Numbered from the stretch's first letter, positions 39,314-51,215 are shown. The stretch is DNA of 64,000 bases from Elainellaceae cyanobacterium (GCA_051117555.1 JBNPEG010000013.1:32001-96000); one strand, 5' to 3'. Translations and numbers: made by a program. Notes: generated by a model not told the origin, from the sequence alone.

Positions 39314-40522
39314 TCAATGATGATGATCATGAGGGTGACCATCATGATGATGGTGATGACCATGCCCATGGTCATGCGTGTGAATGGCACGAGGTTGAAC
39401 TGTTGCAAGCTGCGGATTGACCACCATCGCTTGCTCATTTAGCAAGTCGGCAATATGTGTATTTGCCCAATCTGCCGCCATTTTGAGAAATTCAGGATGG
39501 TCATTCACACAGGGCATTTGCACATAGGTCACATCGGGTCGTTGACGCTGAAGGCTACCCATAATGTGCTCAACATCGAGCAGCGTTTCATGATTTTCGG
39601 TTGCAAACCCAATTGGCATAAAGACAAGCGCAGTTGCACCTAAATCCATTAGGTTCTTCCCGGCCAATTCAGCATTCGGCTGAGTCCATTTGATTAGCGG
39701 AGTTTGGTGATTGAGCCAGCCTACTGAGATTAGGGGAAAACGATAGATGAGACGTTCTCGAACTCGTTCATAAAGAGCTTGACTCTCCGTGATGCCAGAC
39801 GTAAAGCCCTTCGCCTCATGAGGACAGCCATGATTCATTAACACGATGCCAATCTGAGACGGAAGATGAGCAACTGCAAGATCCTGCTTGATTTTGTCTT
39901 CAACCATTTGGGCGACAAGGCCAATATAAGCTTCCTCGTCATAGAAAGACGGGATGTAGCGTATACCCTTTACCCAATGCTCAGTTCCCTCGGCAAGCTC
40001 TGACAACGCAGCGTTAACTTGCTCGACTGCAATACCGCTCGTGAAAATTGAATCGACGACAAGGAGTGGATAAATCAACAATTTATCGAACCCTTGCGCT
40101 TTAATCTCGGCAAGCACCTGATCAGGAAGATGCGGTGCGCAGAAGTTAAATGCCTTAAATACTTTGACGCGATCGCCCCACACCGATTGCAAATTTTGTT
40201 CGATCCCAGCACGTTGCTGTTCAAAGATTGCGTTATGAGGAGAAATAAAATTTCCGTGCTGGTGACTCCATTCATGGAGATCAAACTTAGCTAGAAGCTT
40301 GGCCAGAGGCGGATAAATCCAAGTTGGAACGGGAGCAAATTTCGCAGTCAGCAAGTTGAGCGCCTGCTCATTATAGTTCGCAAAGTCTTCGTAGCTCTCA
40401 ACCTCGCCATACCCCATCAGCAAAACCGCTACTCGGTCATCCGTAGATCCAGAATTAGGGGTTTGAGCAGAATTGGGATTTTGATCTAAAGACTTCTCAG
40501 GGGTCGCAACCACGCTTTGCAC
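39314..40522 (-). CDS. Ferrochelatase (HemH)-fold chelatase-like protein with His-rich tail
   Basis: VLLMGYG, NHG (catalytic His region), W.QP, PIGFATENHETL.D and CVND.P.F motifs; C-terminal HTHDHGHGHHHHHDGHPHDHHH; no CAB extension. Confidence 0.85.
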   Translation of the reverse strand: MQSVVATPEKSLDQNPNSAQTPNSGSTDDRVAVLLMGYGEVESYEDFANYNEQALNLLTAKFAPVPTWIYPPLAKLLAKFDLHEWSHQHGNFISPHNAIFEQQRAGIEQNLQSVWGDRVKVFKAFNFCAPHLPDQVLAEIKAQGFDKLLIYPLLVVDSIFTSGIAVEQVNAALSELAEGTEHWVKGIRYIPSFYDEEAYIGLVAQMVEDKIKQDLAVAHLPSQIGIVLMNHGCPHEAKGFTSGITESQALYERVRERLIYRFPLISVGWLNHQTPLIKWTQPNAELAGKNLMDLGATALVFMPIGFATENHETLLDVEHIMGSLQRQRPDVTYVQMPCVNDHPEFLKMAADWANTHIADLLNEQAMVVNPQLATVQPRAIHTHDHGHGHHHHHDGHPHDHHH

Positions 40523-40835
40523 CTCGGTATTCAGTCGAATAATGTTCTTTTCAATAACGTCAGGACGTTGTAGTCATCTAGCTAGGCAGTTCGCTAAGTC
40601 ATGCACGTTGACCTGCATATTGAATAGCGTTCGACATGAGCGTATCAGCACTATGACGAATTTGACTACTATGGCCCTCTGTCATCTCACATAGGATAAC
40701 ATCCCCCCAATAGGGATGTGGGCAAAATCTAGATGGAAAAAGCTTTAGAAAAGACAAAATGTATGACTAAGAACTTTTTCTCGTTACGATAACGCCGACC
40801 GAGGCCGATATTTTACAGTCAATCGCCTGCTCAGG

Positions 40836-41642
40836 CTATAGAACTAAAGACATAGCTGGCTCTGCGATTAACACATTGCGAGCGGCAGACAACAAATCTT
40901 TATGGATGCGAGTCGGATGAAATCTAGACAAATACGCTTTGCTACGGATACCGCAGGTTAAGGCAAACGTGGGAATTTCGTGAGCTTGCCCCGCTAGAAC
41001 ATCTGCCTCGGTATCGCCAATCATCCAACATTGTCCTTGTGCCGTAGATACGCCGTGGTGGGCGATCGCCGTTTCGAGTAGGTGAGTTTTGTGCGTTGCA
41101 CAATTCTGATAAGCAGATTTGCGATCTTGAGACCCATAGACGCCTGCAAAGAGATGCAACAAACCATGGTGTTCTAGTAAACAATTCAACTGGGTTTGAT
41201 GACGTAGGCTAACTAGTATCAGCTTGACATGATGCATATAAAGAAGCTCAAGCGCGCGCCTCACACCTGGCTGTAACTGGTCTTGATGAAGCAAACTCGG
41301 TTGATTCACAATCGCTTGAACTTTCTCAAGAAATATATCAATCTGACTGCCTTGCAGCCCTGAATGCGCTGCAATATCAGAATCTGGGATGCGATTGCAC
41401 TTCATTTGCCAAAACTGATGTTTTGTAAGGCGATGCAGCGATCGCCCCTGATGCTGACTTTGAAGTACCGAGTTCACGTGATCTAATGCCGAGCAGTAGG
41501 TACTGTAGTATCGTTCAGAAACGTCGACAATCGGCCCATCGAAGTCGCAAAAAACGGTGCGTGGACTCTCTGTCCGCAAGGGAGCATTGCTCTGATAGCT
41601 CTTACGGCGTTCTAGATAGTGACATGCTGCGGCGTTGAGCAT
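40836..41642 (-). CDS. HAD-superfamily hydrolase
   Basis: DFDGPIVD motif I, K motif III and MIGDTEAD motif IV. Confidence 0.9.
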   Translation of the reverse strand: MLNAAACHYLERRKSYQSNAPLRTESPRTVFCDFDGPIVDVSERYYSTYCSALDHVNSVLQSQHQGRSLHRLTKHQFWQMKCNRIPDSDIAAHSGLQGSQIDIFLEKVQAIVNQPSLLHQDQLQPGVRRALELLYMHHVKLILVSLRHQTQLNCLLEHHGLLHLFAGVYGSQDRKSAYQNCATHKTHLLETAIAHHGVSTAQGQCWMIGDTEADVLAGQAHEIPTFALTCGIRSKAYLSRFHPTRIHKDLLSAARNVLIAEPAMSLVL

Positions 41643-41887
41643 TGTAGGAAAGATTTAGAAATAATTAAGTGCGTAATTCTTCTTTACATTAAAGAATTAA
41701 CCAATAAGTCGTCAATGATTTGAGGCTGCTAAACAGTTAGAAAAACTTATATATATAATCGGTTTATCAGACGTTGTGTCGTCGAGCAACGAATATATAG
41801 CGGTAGGTGCTTGGGTCAAGTGCCCAAGGGGCTGTGGCGGTTGCTATCAGTATGAAACGTCATGAAACGTCTCGCAGCCGATACTCT

Positions 41888-42340
41888 TCACTCAGCTTCC
41901 CGCTCCAGAAGCAGGGTTACAGGCCCGTCATTTTCGATAAACACTTGCATCATGGCACCAAACTGCCCCGTCTCCACCCGTAACCCACTTGTTTGTCGCA
42001 GCATGTCGACGAATCGGTCATAGAGTGATTCTGCAAGGTGCGGAGGGCTTGCTTGGTCAAACGAGGGGCGTCGTCCTCTACGACAGTCACCATAAAGAGT
42101 GAATTGACTGATTACGAGTATCTCGGCGCCAATATCGCGAACTGAATACTCAAAGCGATCGCTCTCTTTGCTAGGAAAAATCCTCAAGTCCAAACATTTA
42201 CGCACCATCCAATCAAGTTCAGCCTCGGTATCTGATGCAGCCACACCTACCAAAAGGTTTAATCCTCGTCCAATCTTGCCAACACAGGTACCCGCAACGG
42301 TGACTTGGGAGGAGGAAACTCGTTGAACAACTACGCGCAT
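41888..42340 (-). CDS. dtd: D-aminoacyl-tRNA deacylase
   Basis: [25 protein letters not shown] and NDGPVT motifs. Confidence 0.97.
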   Translation of the reverse strand: MRVVVQRVSSSQVTVAGTCVGKIGRGLNLLVGVAASDTEAELDWMVRKCLDLRIFPSKESDRFEYSVRDIGAEILVISQFTLYGDCRRGRRPSFDQASPPHLAESLYDRFVDMLRQTSGLRVETGQFGAMMQVFIENDGPVTLLLEREAE

Positions 42341-42371
42341 ACGAATTGTGGAGTACTACTCGACTTATGTC

Positions 42372-43187
42372 TTAAGAATTACGGCTCAGTGCGGTCATCA
42401 TAGCGTGCTGACTAACCGCTTGATAGATTCCATCTAGATGTTGGCGAACGGTTTGTGCATCTGTTGCGGCGAGCGGCATCTTACCTAAAACATCCAAGAT
42501 CGTTTGTCCGCCAGAGGGTGTGATGACCACCAGACTTGGATCAAGGGGGGCAGAATAGTCCCAAAAGTGATGGAGAGTCAGCGAATGTGGCACTGCGTCC
42601 TCGTCTGACGTAACAGGTTGGCTCTCTTCGGTTTCAAATGATTCGGAAGCTGACGATGCCCCGCTTCGCTTTTGCCTTAGTGCATCCAAAATCTGGGCAC
42701 GAGTTCGCCCCCGAAGTTGAAATAGCACAAAGGGATCCTCTCGGAAAAAGTCACCGAGCTGATAATATACGGCGGCGATGTGTTTGCAAGGATTTTTGGG
42801 ATCGGGACAGCTACATCGAGAATGAACATCTGACAAGGCAAATGGGAATAAGCTCACTCCATTTGAAGTAAAGACCTCTTCGATATCATCAGGCATTTCA
42901 CCCGCCAAAAGCTTGGCAGAATATACAGCCTTCTGAGCCATCGTATCAATGACAAAATCCCAATCTTCGTCGCTGAAGGGATCTATAGAAATCGAGAGAG
43001 TATAGGGCTCTGGAGCGGTTCCTTGAACTTTAGCTTGAACCTTTTCACCCTGAAAATCGATGCTGAGAATGTTGCCCTCTCTAGCGTAGATACGACCTCT
43101 TTCTAGCCGCTTCTTAAATCGGTAAGAGTTGAGCAAATCAACCCACCGCTGTACCCACCATTCTTGATTTTCTAACTCGTAACTCAT
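42372..43187 (-). CDS. SWIM zinc-finger protein
   Basis: RLERGRIYAREG, AKLLAGEMP, CSCPD...PCKH and DPF.LF.LRG motifs. Confidence 0.92.
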   Translation of the reverse strand: MSYELENQEWWVQRWVDLLNSYRFKKRLERGRIYAREGNILSIDFQGEKVQAKVQGTAPEPYTLSISIDPFSDEDWDFVIDTMAQKAVYSAKLLAGEMPDDIEEVFTSNGVSLFPFALSDVHSRCSCPDPKNPCKHIAAVYYQLGDFFREDPFVLFQLRGRTRAQILDALRQKRSGASSASESFETEESQPVTSDEDAVPHSLTLHHFWDYSAPLDPSLVVITPSGGQTILDVLGKMPLAATDAQTVRQHLDGIYQAVSQHAMMTALSRNS

Positions 43188-43552
43188 CTACTACAGACCT
43201 GGGCTAACGTTTGTCCAGAGGTTCCAAGCGCATCAAGCGCATTTGTCTGAGCAGTTTGAAGCGTATCTCCCAATCCCCACGCCATTGACTGGTCGTTGTG
43301 AACAAGTGCTGCGCATTGGTTCTTAAACCAAATCCGAATATTGCAATCTGATTGACCGCATTGCCTGAGAGCTTCTCGTTCGGCGACGACTCTGCTGCCA
43401 TAATCAAACGTTACGCCCCATGCCCCAGTTGTGGGAGACATGGCGATCGCCCCAAACCTATCTGCCGCTATCGCAGGAAACGCAGCAATACTGCTACCTA
43501 AGGTGATCAGCACCATTACAGCACTAAATCGGTTGTATCGCTTAAAATTCAT
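43184..43552 (-). CDS. Secreted DUF4189-domain protein
   Basis: Signal peptide, FGAIA.S...G.WG, A..EAL..C...C.I..WF.N.CAAL motifs; ATGA overlap with the SWIM gene start. Confidence 0.85.
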   Translation of the reverse strand: MNFKRYNRFSAVMVLITLGSSIAAFPAIAADRFGAIAMSPTTGAWGVTFDYGSRVVAEREALRQCGQSDCNIRIWFKNQCAALVHNDQSMAWGLGDTLQTAQTNALDALGTSGQTLAQVCSR

Positions 43553-43704
43553 TGGAATCTGGACTTCAACATATGTAAACAGGGAAAAACAGGGGAAAGG
43601 AATAGAGCGATCGCGCTCTTTAGCCGCCGCGCGCTGTCTTAACTACTACTCTAACAAGAGGACTTCATTCATCTGTTCTGAGGTTCCTCAACCGTCTACT
43701 GATT

Positions 43705-44904
43705 CTATTCTGGTTTCTTAGACTTGCTTGACGAAGGATTGCCAGCGATCGATTGCTCTGTTTTCGTCAAAATATCGGGAACTAAGATTTCGCTGAATCC
43801 AGCAGTAAAGGCGAGCACAATATACAAATATTTTTGAGGAGTGCCCGATTGAATGCTGGGAAATGCCACAATATTGGTCTCAAACAGCGCCACAATGAAA
43901 ATCGCAAATGCAGTGCCGATGATCGGCTTAAAAAATCCAGAGAAAAAGGGAGCCATCGATTTTGCCCGATTTTGAGCATCAACCGAGCGCAACCGCACCA
44001 TGACGCTTACTACGCTGCCAATACTGCCAGAGACGACGACGAGAAAAAATCGCTGCACTTCTTCGCGGGTAAATAAGGGTTGTTCAGAACCAAGCCCCCC
44101 ACCCCTGTCTGCCGGTTGAACCTCGATCCGACCGGAGGCTGAGGGAGCAGGCGTAATAATCCCTGACTGGGGAGATCCAGATTGCGGAGGTTGCCCCGAG
44201 GTGACCGTATTGTCCTCAATATCGTCGGTAGGACCCAAGGGCGATTCTTGAGCTTGCTGAGCTGCAAGGTCAAACCCTAGATCGAAGCCGAGGTTGAATC
44301 CAGCACTGTAGTCTTCTTCGATACGCGATCGCACAGAAACAAACAGCAGCGTCGCCATGACAGGGGTAATCACAAAGATGATAAAAAACCATGTCAGCCC
44401 CGATATGAGCTGGCTAGCAGGCGAGCCATTCGCACTCAAAATTGCCCAAAGAGGCGATCGATAATAGCGAATCTCCCCTGCAATGCTCTTCCGAATTTTG
44501 CGGGCTAGGAGCACATTGCCCGGCATCTCTTTGGGAGTTGAGAACCCCGGTAATTTTCTCAGCCAACGACGAATGCCAGTTTCATACATCGGTTTTGCTG
44601 GCTCGCTGTCAATCCCATCCTTGGATTCGGGGTCTGCCATCAACAGAGAGGCGGCAAAACGCGCCATATGCAGCAGATCGATATTGTTAGTCAAATCAAT
44701 ATACGGCAGCAGCTCGAGCAGTACCCCGAGTTCTCGATAAACAGGCTCGCTTAGCCGCTTGGAGAAAATTTTGTCTTGAATAGTTTGGATGAGATCTTTG
44801 ACTCCCTGACCAATTTGTTGATCAATATCATCGACCTCCATAGCAGAGTCTAGTGGGGCGTCTGAATTCGAGCGGTCTGAGTCATAGAGTGGCTGGTGGG
44901 TCAT
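43705..44904 (-). CDS. Hypothetical multi-TM membrane protein
   Basis: 399 aa; one central TM helix plus a C-terminal three-TM module (GSIGSVVS..R, KPIIG, AF.AGFSE). Confidence 0.75.
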   Translation of the reverse strand: MTHQPLYDSDRSNSDAPLDSAMEVDDIDQQIGQGVKDLIQTIQDKIFSKRLSEPVYRELGVLLELLPYIDLTNNIDLLHMARFAASLLMADPESKDGIDSEPAKPMYETGIRRWLRKLPGFSTPKEMPGNVLLARKIRKSIAGEIRYYRSPLWAILSANGSPASQLISGLTWFFIIFVITPVMATLLFVSVRSRIEEDYSAGFNLGFDLGFDLAAQQAQESPLGPTDDIEDNTVTSGQPPQSGSPQSGIITPAPSASGRIEVQPADRGGGLGSEQPLFTREEVQRFFLVVVSGSIGSVVSVMVRLRSVDAQNRAKSMAPFFSGFFKPIIGTAFAIFIVALFETNIVAFPSIQSGTPQKYLYIVLAFTAGFSEILVPDILTKTEQSIAGNPSSSKSKKPE

Positions 44905-45020
44905 AGTAGCCTGCCTCCCTCAGCGTACTGGTTGCTCTAAGGCTAATCCGTGGATACACGGTGAAGATGGCTGGTTACGGATTTGGAAACCCAAAAATCT
45001 GATTTGTCAAGGCAGAAATT

Positions 45021-46832
45021 CTAGAAATTTTGCTGGACGTATTCTAGAATACCACGGGCGATCGCCTGAGCCATGCGACTTTGAAACCCAGGATCGGCTA
45101 GTAGGGGAGCGTCTTGGCCTCCCGTGACGAATCCGGTTTCCAATAGCACTGCGGGCATAGATGTATTGCGAATGACATAAAATCGAGCCCGCCGAACACC
45201 GCGATCGGGGCGTCCGGTCAGTTGCACCATGTTGCGGTGAATAATCTGCGCCATGCGATACCCCCGATCGGAATAGTAATAGGTTTCGATGCCATTGACA
45301 TCAGGGCGGCTCAAATTAATCGCATTGGCATGAATACTGATAAAAATATCTGCATTCACCCGCTCAGCGATTTGCACGCGAGGTTCTAAGTCAAGATCGC
45401 GATCGTCTTGGCGCGTCATGACAACTGACATCCCCTGCTGCTGAAGGATTTGCACGACTTGCCGTGAAATGGGTAAGACTACATCTTTTTCTCGCAAGCC
45501 ACCAATGCCAACCGCTCCTGGATCAGGCCCCCCATGCCCTGGATCAATGACAATCACCACTTGACTATTCGGTATCGTGGAGGGCACAGTAGGCAGCGTG
45601 ACCGGATTTCCAGGCGAATAGACAGGCGGCGTTGGCGTAACGGGAACCGATTGCTGAAGCGGCAGCGCCAGGAGTTGCTGACTCGGTTGGCTAATTTCGC
45701 CAATCTGCGCCCTCGCCGCAGGCTGTAGCGAAATAATGACCGTATCGTTTTCTTCCTGGCGCAATCGCACTCGCAAAAGGGGGCTATTTGCACCAAGGCG
45801 TGGATCCGCAATCTGGTCTGCTAAGCGAGCATTAGGAATTGTAATTTGATAATCTGTTGTAGCTCGATCCCAACCGCCGGTAAAGGTCTCTATAGGGCGA
45901 TCGGCTCGAATTAAAAGCTGAGTTCCGCCGTTTGCCAACTCGATGGACTGAATCGTTGCGGGTTGTTGAACTGGCTCAGCGGCTGTGCGAGGAATCTGGA
46001 GAGAACTGGGAGGGCGATTTTGGATTGGTTCTCCTCCTTGAGGAATTACGACAACCCCGCCAAACGTGCTCACCGTAGCCTGTAGATCTACCTCTCGATC
46101 TGCCAAGTCCAGCGTTACCCTAGCCCGTGGGGGCGACTCGTCTTCTTGACTCAGCTCAATACGATTGACTCCAAAGCTATCGAGGTTCAGCTCTCGCTGA
46201 GCGAGTTGGCTGGACAACGCCGTATCTTCAAAATCAATCGTGACTTGTTCTTGTCGGCGGTTCCGCTCAACCTCGATCTCAGGCGTTGCGCCGCTCGTCC
46301 GCACAAAAATACCATCTGGCGTAACCCGGATACCCTCTAAAACCGTTGCTGCTCCGGGTACGATCGGTGATGTGTCTCCCGATGTAACCATTGCTAGAGG
46401 TGAAGACTCGTCTGTTTCTGCTACTGATTCATCAAGCGGCTGAGGATCTGGAATTTCGACCACCCACTGAGTTGGAGTCGCGCCACGCACCCGGACTTGC
46501 TGCGGATCAATGGTATAGCCTTCATTAAGCTCAACCACAATTCGAGTCGTTTGCGCATCAAATTGTCCTACGCGGACTTCTCGAATCGCCCCTTCTCCGG
46601 CTTGATTCACCAATGGCTGACCAAAACTCGTTCCGGGCAGGTCAATCACCAAGCGCGTTGGATTGGGAATGAGTTGGGCTCTAGGTTGGACGGCGGTATC
46701 GGTCGTAAAAATCAGGCGATTTTCATCCGCATTGAAACGCCAAAATTGCAATCGTGCTGCCTCAGCAGGAGAGGACAACAGCAAAACGCCTATAACACCC
46801 AATAAACTTGGGAAAATCCCGTGCAATCTCAC
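45021..46832 (-). CDS. amiC: N-acetylmuramoyl-L-alanine amidase with AMIN domains
   Basis: Signal peptide, AMIN domain (PTRLVIDLPG, VRVGQF..TTRIV) and Amidase_3 motifs IDPGHGG.DPGA, EKD, SIHANA and LLETGF. Confidence 0.93.
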   Translation of the reverse strand: MRLHGIFPSLLGVIGVLLLSSPAEAARLQFWRFNADENRLIFTTDTAVQPRAQLIPNPTRLVIDLPGTSFGQPLVNQAGEGAIREVRVGQFDAQTTRIVVELNEGYTIDPQQVRVRGATPTQWVVEIPDPQPLDESVAETDESSPLAMVTSGDTSPIVPGAATVLEGIRVTPDGIFVRTSGATPEIEVERNRRQEQVTIDFEDTALSSQLAQRELNLDSFGVNRIELSQEDESPPRARVTLDLADREVDLQATVSTFGGVVVIPQGGEPIQNRPPSSLQIPRTAAEPVQQPATIQSIELANGGTQLLIRADRPIETFTGGWDRATTDYQITIPNARLADQIADPRLGANSPLLRVRLRQEENDTVIISLQPAARAQIGEISQPSQQLLALPLQQSVPVTPTPPVYSPGNPVTLPTVPSTIPNSQVVIVIDPGHGGPDPGAVGIGGLREKDVVLPISRQVVQILQQQGMSVVMTRQDDRDLDLEPRVQIAERVNADIFISIHANAINLSRPDVNGIETYYYSDRGYRMAQIIHRNMVQLTGRPDRGVRRARFYVIRNTSMPAVLLETGFVTGGQDAPLLADPGFQSRMAQAIARGILEYVQQNF

Positions 46833-47213
46833 AGTTACGGCTTCTCCTTACGGTTTCTGGAACGTCACTGCCCTGAACAGCACAAAACTGGGAGTTCGCA
46901 GTGCAAATGCAGGTCAGTCAACTTTGGCGACATAAAATGTGTGTGAATGTTAGACCCGCTTCATAGACGAGATGATTTTACTTCGTAGCTCAATATACAC
47001 TAGCCGAAAAACGTATCTCAGAAGTTTTTTCAAAATTGTTTGAATAGCTCTCCCAATCTCGACAGAATCTCAATAGAATCTCAGCGGACAACGTAGAATT
47101 GGGCTGGGCTTCAGCATTCAGACACATCTTTCTATGACTAAACGCAACGACCAGGATCGTTTGTCAACTCTGGTTAGGTTCGCATGTTTCTCTTAGGATG
47201 ATGAATAGTCGTT

Positions 47214-48374
47214 TTGGAGCTTCATCCAAGGATTAGTCTGCCTGTGACTAAATCGAGCGCATCAACGCCCCCGCAAGAGTCTCTATCTCGCACACCCCTT
47301 TATCCGCTTCACATCGAACTGCAAGCCCGAATGACTCCATTTTCAGGGTGGGAAATGCCTGTGCAGTATAGCGGAATCCGTCCTGAGCATGACGCAGTTC
47401 GGCAAACGGCGGGCATGTTTGATATTTCTCACATGGGCAAATTCTATCTGGTAGGCAAGGCGGCCATCGATCAGCTTCAGATTCTTGTTCCGTCTGATTT
47501 GAGCCGTTTAACGCCCGGCGAGGCTCAATATACGGTTTTAGCAAACTCAGACGGTGGCATCATCGATGATTTGATCATCTACTATCAGGGCAAAAGCGCC
47601 ACAGGCGAGCAAACGGTGATGGTGATTGTCAATGCGGCGACCACTGAGAAAGACCGAGACTGGATGCTGAGTCATCTGGATAGAGATCAGATTGAATTTC
47701 AAGACCTGTCATCTCGGAAAGTGTTGATTGCAGTCCAAGGGCCTGAGGCGGTTGCCAAATTGCAATCTCTGGTGGACGAAGATTTATCAACCGTTGGGCG
47801 CTTTGGGCATTTAGAGGGAACTGTGCTCGGTCGGCCTGCATTTCTGGCTCGAACTGGATATACCGGGGAAGACGGCTTCGAGGTGATGGTTGATCCGGAG
47901 GTAGGACAAGACCTTTGGCGATCGCTCCTGTCGGCTAGCGTAACCCCGTGTGGGCTGGGTGCACGAGATACCTTGCGGTTAGAAGCAGCCATGGCGCTTT
48001 ATGGACAAGACATTGACGATACAATCACTCCCATCGAAGCGGGGCTAAGCTGGCTGGTGCATCTCGACAACAAAGGAGACTTTATCGGGCGTTCGGTGAT
48101 TGAGCGGCACAAGAAAGAAGGCCCACCACGCCGACTGGTGGGGCTCCAAATGCAAGGGCGCAACATTGCTCGTCATGGATATCCGGTGGTGTATGGGGGC
48201 GATCGCCTTGGTGAGGTCACGAGCGGCACGCTCTCTCCAACCTTGGGATACCCGATCGCGCTAGCCTATGTTCCGACAGAGCTATCTAGCGTTGGGCAAG
48301 AGCTCGGGGTTGAAATTCGCGGCAAAACGCATCCATGTAAGGTGGTTAAGCGGCCATTCTATCGGAGAGCGTGA
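47214..48374 (+). CDS. gcvT: Glycine cleavage system aminomethyltransferase T
   Basis: [29 protein letters not shown] and [12 protein letters not shown] motifs. The start may be the GTG at 47244. Confidence 0.97.
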   Translation: MELHPRISLPVTKSSASTPPQESLSRTPLYPLHIELQARMTPFSGWEMPVQYSGIRPEHDAVRQTAGMFDISHMGKFYLVGKAAIDQLQILVPSDLSRLTPGEAQYTVLANSDGGIIDDLIIYYQGKSATGEQTVMVIVNAATTEKDRDWMLSHLDRDQIEFQDLSSRKVLIAVQGPEAVAKLQSLVDEDLSTVGRFGHLEGTVLGRPAFLARTGYTGEDGFEVMVDPEVGQDLWRSLLSASVTPCGLGARDTLRLEAAMALYGQDIDDTITPIEAGLSWLVHLDNKGDFIGRSVIERHKKEGPPRRLVGLQMQGRNIARHGYPVVYGGDRLGEVTSGTLSPTLGYPIALAYVPTELSSVGQELGVEIRGKTHPCKVVKRPFYRRA

Positions 48375-48408
48375 AAAACAGACCATCAACTTCCATCAAT
48401 CTTTAAGA

Positions 48409-48503
48409 TATAGCAATTTGCAATTGCGTCAATTACAGAAATGGTGGTGTGAGACGCGCCGCGCCCCACACCACCGTGCTTAGCTCAAGCGCATACCGCT
48501 ATA
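48409..48503. repeat. TATAGC-bounded hairpin mini-element
   Basis: TATAGC at 48409 and GCTATA at 48498-48503 enclose the GGTGGTGTG / CACACCACC hairpin. The right end overlaps the stop codon of the glycosyltransferase. Confidence 0.55.
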
Positions 48504-49446
48504 TTTCAGCAGGAAATCCGGCAATTTCAGTGACCGTATAAAGCGGGCGAGCTTTCACTTCTTCATAGATACGCCCGATATATTCGCCTAAAATGCCGAT
48601 ACAAATGAGCTGGACTGCCCCAAAAAAGAGAATTGCCATGATGATTGTGGCATAGCCCGTCAATGGCGAGTTGGGTTGAAGAAAGCGCCAATAGACAACT
48701 AGCACCATCATCAAGAGAGCAACGGCTGCTGAAAATAAGCCGATATACGTTGCAATGCGCAGCGGAATTTTTGAAAAGGAAACCAAGCTATCGATCGCCA
48801 GCGCAAGGGATTTGCCAAACGTATATTTAACGGGTCCGGCGTATCGAGGCGAACGATTATAGCGCACGGCTGTTTGTCGAAAGCCAATCCAGGCGCGTAA
48901 TCCTCGAATATATCGATTGCGTTCAGGCATCGCGTTTAGTGCATCCACGACCCGCCGATCCATGAGACAAAAATCTCCGGTGTCCGTAGGAATGTCTACA
49001 TCAGCGAGTCGCTGGAGGAGGCGATAAAACAAATGAGCGGTGAGACGTTTGAACCAATTCTCCCGCTGCCGAGTAGTCCGCTGAGCATACACAACCTGAT
49101 ATCCGTTTTGCCACTGATGCAGCATATCTGGAATTAGCTCTGGAGGATCTTGCAAGTCGGCATCTAGAACGACCACAATCTGACCCCGTGCAAAATTAAG
49201 TCCAGCCGTGACAGCCGTTTGATGACCGAAGTTGCGGGCAAAATTGAGATAGCAAACCCTGGAATCGTGGTGTCTCAATTCTCGAATAATGAGCAAGGAG
49301 CGATCGCCACTGCCGTCGTTAACGAAGATAAATTCAGCGATTCCCTCTAATCGATTGATGACATCGCAAAGCCGTCGATAGAGTTCGTGCAATGAGTCTT
49401 CTTCGTTATAGACCGGGATCACGAGAGAATAGCTCACCTCACTCAT
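48499..49446 (-). CDS. GT2 glycosyltransferase (GtrB/DPM1-like, two C-terminal TM helices)
   Basis: [39 protein letters not shown] and [15 protein letters not shown] motifs. Confidence 0.95.
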   Translation of the reverse strand: MSEVSYSLVIPVYNEEDSLHELYRRLCDVINRLEGIAEFIFVNDGSGDRSLLIIRELRHHDSRVCYLNFARNFGHQTAVTAGLNFARGQIVVVLDADLQDPPELIPDMLHQWQNGYQVVYAQRTTRQRENWFKRLTAHLFYRLLQRLADVDIPTDTGDFCLMDRRVVDALNAMPERNRYIRGLRAWIGFRQTAVRYNRSPRYAGPVKYTFGKSLALAIDSLVSFSKIPLRIATYIGLFSAAVALLMMVLVVYWRFLQPNSPLTGYATIIMAILFFGAVQLICIGILGEYIGRIYEEVKARPLYTVTEIAGFPAEI

Positions 49447-51215
49447 GGATGGGGCCCCGCGACATTGTGCCAGCGGGTCAGTAAGGGAGCTGCATTCAGC
49501 AATGTTTGAGTATACGGGTGTTGAGGATTCGAGAAAATTTCATCGGTAGTTCCGTATTCAACAATTTGACCCGCTTGCATCACTGCAATGCGATCGCAAA
49601 AGTATCGGGCAACCCAAAGATCGTGGGTGATAAACAAATAGGTCAGGTCGAACTCTTGCTTTAGCTCTAGCATGAGTTCTAACACTTGACTCTGAATGCT
49701 GGCATCGAGCATGCTCACGGGTTCATCGCAGATAAGCAATTTAGGTCGAGTGATGAGCGCCCGGGCGATCGCCACTCGCTGCTGCTGCCCGCCGGAAAGC
49801 TCATTTGGATAGCGATGATAAAACTCATCCGGTGGCGTCAACCCAACTCGCTCTAGCATGGCGTTCACGTGGGCAGCGATGTTGTCTCCGTGTGCCAACT
49901 GATGAATCAGCAATGGACTGGCAATGCCTTGTCCCACAGTCATGAGTGGATTTAAGCAGGCATGGGGATCTTGAAAAATCATCTGCATCTGCCGACGCTG
50001 TCGCCGCATTTCATCTGGCGATAACGCTGTTAGGTCTTGTTGGAGAAACTCGACGGTGCCTGATGTGGGGTGTACGAGCCGCAAAATTGTCCGCGATAAT
50101 GTGCTTTTCCCACAGCCCGACTCACCCACCAAGCCCAAAATCTCACCCGGAAAAATATCAAGGCTGACATCATCGACGGCTTTAATTGTGCGATCGCTCG
50201 TCTGTGAAAAGAGCCGAGCGATAAAATTTTGCTCTAAGGTGTAATGCTGCTTGAGATGGCGAATGCTCAGAAGCGGTGGAGAAGACGATGAAATGGATGA
50301 ATTAGCTGAGCGAATTTGAGGTGACGATGGGGCGATCGCTCCATCACGCGCTCTGCTGCCTTCTCTGCCCTCGCTGCCGCTTTCTCCGCGTTGGAGGTGT
50401 AGTGCGGCGGATAACAGCGATTGGGTATAGGAATGTTGGGGGTTGGTGAGGACAGACTCGACCGTTCCAGTTTCAACGATCTTACCGTCATACATGACAG
50501 CAATGCGATCGCAATATTCGCCGACGAGCGTCAAATCATGGGAGATTAACATCAACGCCATCTGACGCTCCCGGCAGAGGCGGGTCAGTTCCTTTAAAAT
50601 CTGTGCCGAAACCGTGACATCTAAGCTAGTCGTGGGCTCGTCTGCAACAATCAACTTTGGATTTAGAAGTAACGCTAGGGCGATCGCCACGCGCTGCCGC
50701 ATCCCTCCGCTAAACTCGTGAGGATATTGTCCCCACCGACTTGCCGGAATATTCACAGCATCTAAAATCTCAATGCCACGCTGCCTGGCATCTTGGCGAG
50801 AAAGGTGAGGGTCATGAGCGAGCAGAGTCTCAATGCAGTGGTTGCCAATGGTCATCAGCGGGTCGAGGCGCGTCATTGGGTCTTGAAAAATAAGGGCGAT
50901 CGCTTCTCCGCGAAATGTGCGGAGCGCATCAGCCGATAGATCAAAAACCGATTGCCCCTTAAATAAAACCGTTCCCTCAATGTGAGTGGATGACGGCAAT
51001 AGTCGCATCGCAGCGCGTCCGAGCGTGGATTTTCCGCAGCCTGATTCTCCAACTAATCCAAGCCTTTCTCCAGGCATCAGAGTTAGCGAGACATCATCGA
51101 CTGCCCAAGTCTGAGGTGACGCAGCGACTGACTGCTTAGCAGATGACAGATTTTGAGGACTCGTTTGCGGATAAGCGACCCGAACGTGTTCGATGCAAAA
51201 GAGAGCATTGCTCAT
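49443..51215 (-). CDS. Oligopeptide/nickel-type ABC transporter ATP-binding protein (two fused ATPase domains)
   Basis: Two GESGCGKST Walker A motifs, SGGMRQR and SGGQQQR signatures, DEP and HPYT motifs. Confidence 0.95.
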   Translation of the reverse strand: MSNALFCIEHVRVAYPQTSPQNLSSAKQSVAASPQTWAVDDVSLTLMPGERLGLVGESGCGKSTLGRAAMRLLPSSTHIEGTVLFKGQSVFDLSADALRTFRGEAIALIFQDPMTRLDPLMTIGNHCIETLLAHDPHLSRQDARQRGIEILDAVNIPASRWGQYPHEFSGGMRQRVAIALALLLNPKLIVADEPTTSLDVTVSAQILKELTRLCRERQMALMLISHDLTLVGEYCDRIAVMYDGKIVETGTVESVLTNPQHSYTQSLLSAALHLQRGESGSEGREGSRARDGAIAPSSPQIRSANSSISSSSPPLLSIRHLKQHYTLEQNFIARLFSQTSDRTIKAVDDVSLDIFPGEILGLVGESGCGKSTLSRTILRLVHPTSGTVEFLQQDLTALSPDEMRRQRRQMQMIFQDPHACLNPLMTVGQGIASPLLIHQLAHGDNIAAHVNAMLERVGLTPPDEFYHRYPNELSGGQQQRVAIARALITRPKLLICDEPVSMLDASIQSQVLELMLELKQEFDLTYLFITHDLWVARYFCDRIAVMQAGQIVEYGTTDEIFSNPQHPYTQTLLNAAPLLTRWHNVAGPHP

